This document shows positions 13,186-64,000 of a DNA stretch of 64,000 nt, piece by piece; the first letter of the stretch is position 1, and every line of letters starts with the position of its first letter. The position numbers were made by a program, and so were the translations under genes. The notes below the pieces were generated by a model, which ran no database searches, was not told where the DNA came from, and was given only the letters and a program-made list of their open reading frames with translations. This DNA is from Camelus ferus (Eukaryota): NCBI RefSeq assembly GCF_009834535.1, contig NC_045697.1, positions 28,212,001 to 28,276,000 on the forward strand. Reading direction: 5' to 3'.

Positions 13186-13225
13186 TTGTTGACCTAATTT
13201 AACTTTTCTATATGTAAACTTCCAC

Positions 13226-13698
13226 TGAAGGGTGGTAGAATATATCACCCCAAAATATGCCACTTTGGCATAAGGATTATTTTGAGCTAAAGGTACAGGA
13301 GATGCAAAAGGACATTCTACTCTTCCCTTTTCATCCTGAAAACAGGAGATTAAAAACTCCCATGTAAAAGATGCCCTCCCTGTACCAGAAGGAAAATAAC
13401 ATTCCTACTATCAAGGAGAAGTTGAGATTAATTCTGTACAAACAGACCTTGTTAAAATTATTTTCTTCCTTTAGCTTTACTACATAATTTAGTTACTTTT
13501 TCACAATTGTCTCTTTGTTTAATCCAACAGAAAAGCATATAAGTTTCACCAATTCTTTGGATCTCTTCCTTATGAGGGCTCCCATATCATGTAAACATAA
13601 CACATCTAAATTTGTATGCTTTTCTGCTGTTAATTGGTCTTCTATCAGTTTAATTCTCAGGCCCTAAGAAGGTAAAAGTAAAATTTTGTCTCCTTACA
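13226..13698 (+). mobile_element. MER34/MER39-family solo LTR
   Basis: TGAAGGG..atcaccccaaaatatgccactttggcataaggattattttgagctaaagg..aaattttgtctccttaCA. Confidence 0.8.
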
Positions 13699-14268
13699 TT
13701 CCCTAAATCTAAAAAGTCCCATTCACTCTTAAATATTACAAGGACAATTTCTGAATTTCTACTTCTCCAACCTTTTTCTCCTTCACCCAATGACCTATTA
13801 AAGAAATCGTTTACTTTGCAATTCTTGCATCCAAAATTAAAAATCTGAAGATACGACCAGCAGAAATCAGTCTTCAGCTTTAACATCCTTTGAATGGCTG
13901 CAGAGTAATCTCTTTCGAGGGAACCAATTCTTAGCTTTTATCCAACACTTAGCTCCTTTCTTTTCTTGAACTTCTCAGCGCCCCCTCTGGCCACCAGGCT
14001 CCTTAGCAGCCCCTGTTGCAATTTACGCAGGCGCATTCCAGGTCTCACAGTGCCCGCCTCCTCGCGGTGAGTCTCCGAATCTCATCCAATCAGGGCCCAG
14101 CCAGAAAGCCCAGGCTCAGCAAGGTCTCGCGACGCTCAGCTTCTGAGGGTTTTGCTTCTCTGGCGTCACGTCATCCCAGTCCACGCCTCCTTCCCTCCCT
14201 CCCCGGCGCAGGGCTCCGAGAGGCACCGCCCTTCAGCTGGCGCTCGCTGATTGGTCACTGCTCGCGCT

Positions 14269-14282
14269 GTCTCCTGGGTGAC
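14269..14282. promoter_or_regulatory. RFX X-box-like site
   Basis: GTCTCC-TG-GGTGAC, imperfect palindrome resembling GTTGCC-AT-GGCAAC; RFX control of ciliary genes is established. Confidence 0.6.
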
Positions 14283-14315
14283 GGGAACGCGGTAGCCTTC
14301 TTGGAGGAGACCGGG

Positions 14316-14327
14316 TGCGCCTGCGCA
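14316..14327. promoter_or_regulatory. NRF1 motif
   Basis: TGCGCCTGCGCA is 11/12 to TGCGCATGCGCA; a second weaker copy ACGCAGGCGCA lies at 14025-14035. Confidence 0.7.
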
Positions 14328-14360
14328 CTTGCTAGATCGCGCGGCCGCTGGAGCTTTGAG

Positions 14361-63600
<49,240 letters not shown>

Positions 63601-63649
63601 GTAAGTAAACTCTGTACTGAAACTTTCAAGAATGCTAATTTTTTAAAAA

Positions 63650-64000
63650 CCTTTTGAAGAAAATTCCAAATATTTACAAAAGTAGACCAAACAGTATAAC
63701 AAACTCCCATGTACCCATCTTCTCATTTCAACAGCTGTCAAAGCATGGCCAGTCTTATTTTACTCACCCCCACCCTTTTTCCCTGTATTATTTTAAAGCA
63801 AATTACAGACATCATGTCATTTCATTTGTGGTTCAAAATCTATCTCTAAAATAAGAACCTTGGGATTTTCTTTTAGGTGTAACTTGCATACAGTAAAATG
63901 CATGAATCCTAAGTATACAACTCAGTTTTTTCATGTATGTACACCTGTGTAACCCCTACCCAGATCAAGAGAGAGAACATTTCCAGCTCCCCAGAAGGCC
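63650..64000 (-). mobile_element. Old L1 3' fragments
   Basis: cagtataacaaactcccatgtacccatc..; gcatacagtaaaatgcatgaatcctaagtatacaac..cagatcaaga..aacatttccagctccccagaagg. Confidence 0.7.

Overview
Mammalian genomic DNA, very probably camelid (alpaca/llama/camel) judging by tRNA-Ala-derived vic-1-like SINEs. It holds about 14 kb of repeat-rich upstream DNA, a CpG-island promoter (~13.95-14.8 kb) and coding exons 1-28 of WDR19 (IFT144, IFT-A core subunit) on the + strand. I spliced the exons by hand: 3183 nt / 1061 codons with no stop, matching the human protein as I recall it; the gene runs off the right edge. Other items: a U13 (SNORD13) snoRNA retrocopy with polyA and TSD, a GC-AG intron (intron 12), an in-frame alternative exon-1 donor, an RFX X-box-like and NRF1 promoter, young L1/SINE insertions with TSDs, a sense L1 carrying AATAAA that fills intron 18, and an unidentified ~470 bp insert splitting a MIR. 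Most ORFs in the supplied track are spurious, exon read-throughs or transposon relics. I found no convincing novel biological system. Repeat family names come from recall of consensus sequences and repeat boundaries are approximate.
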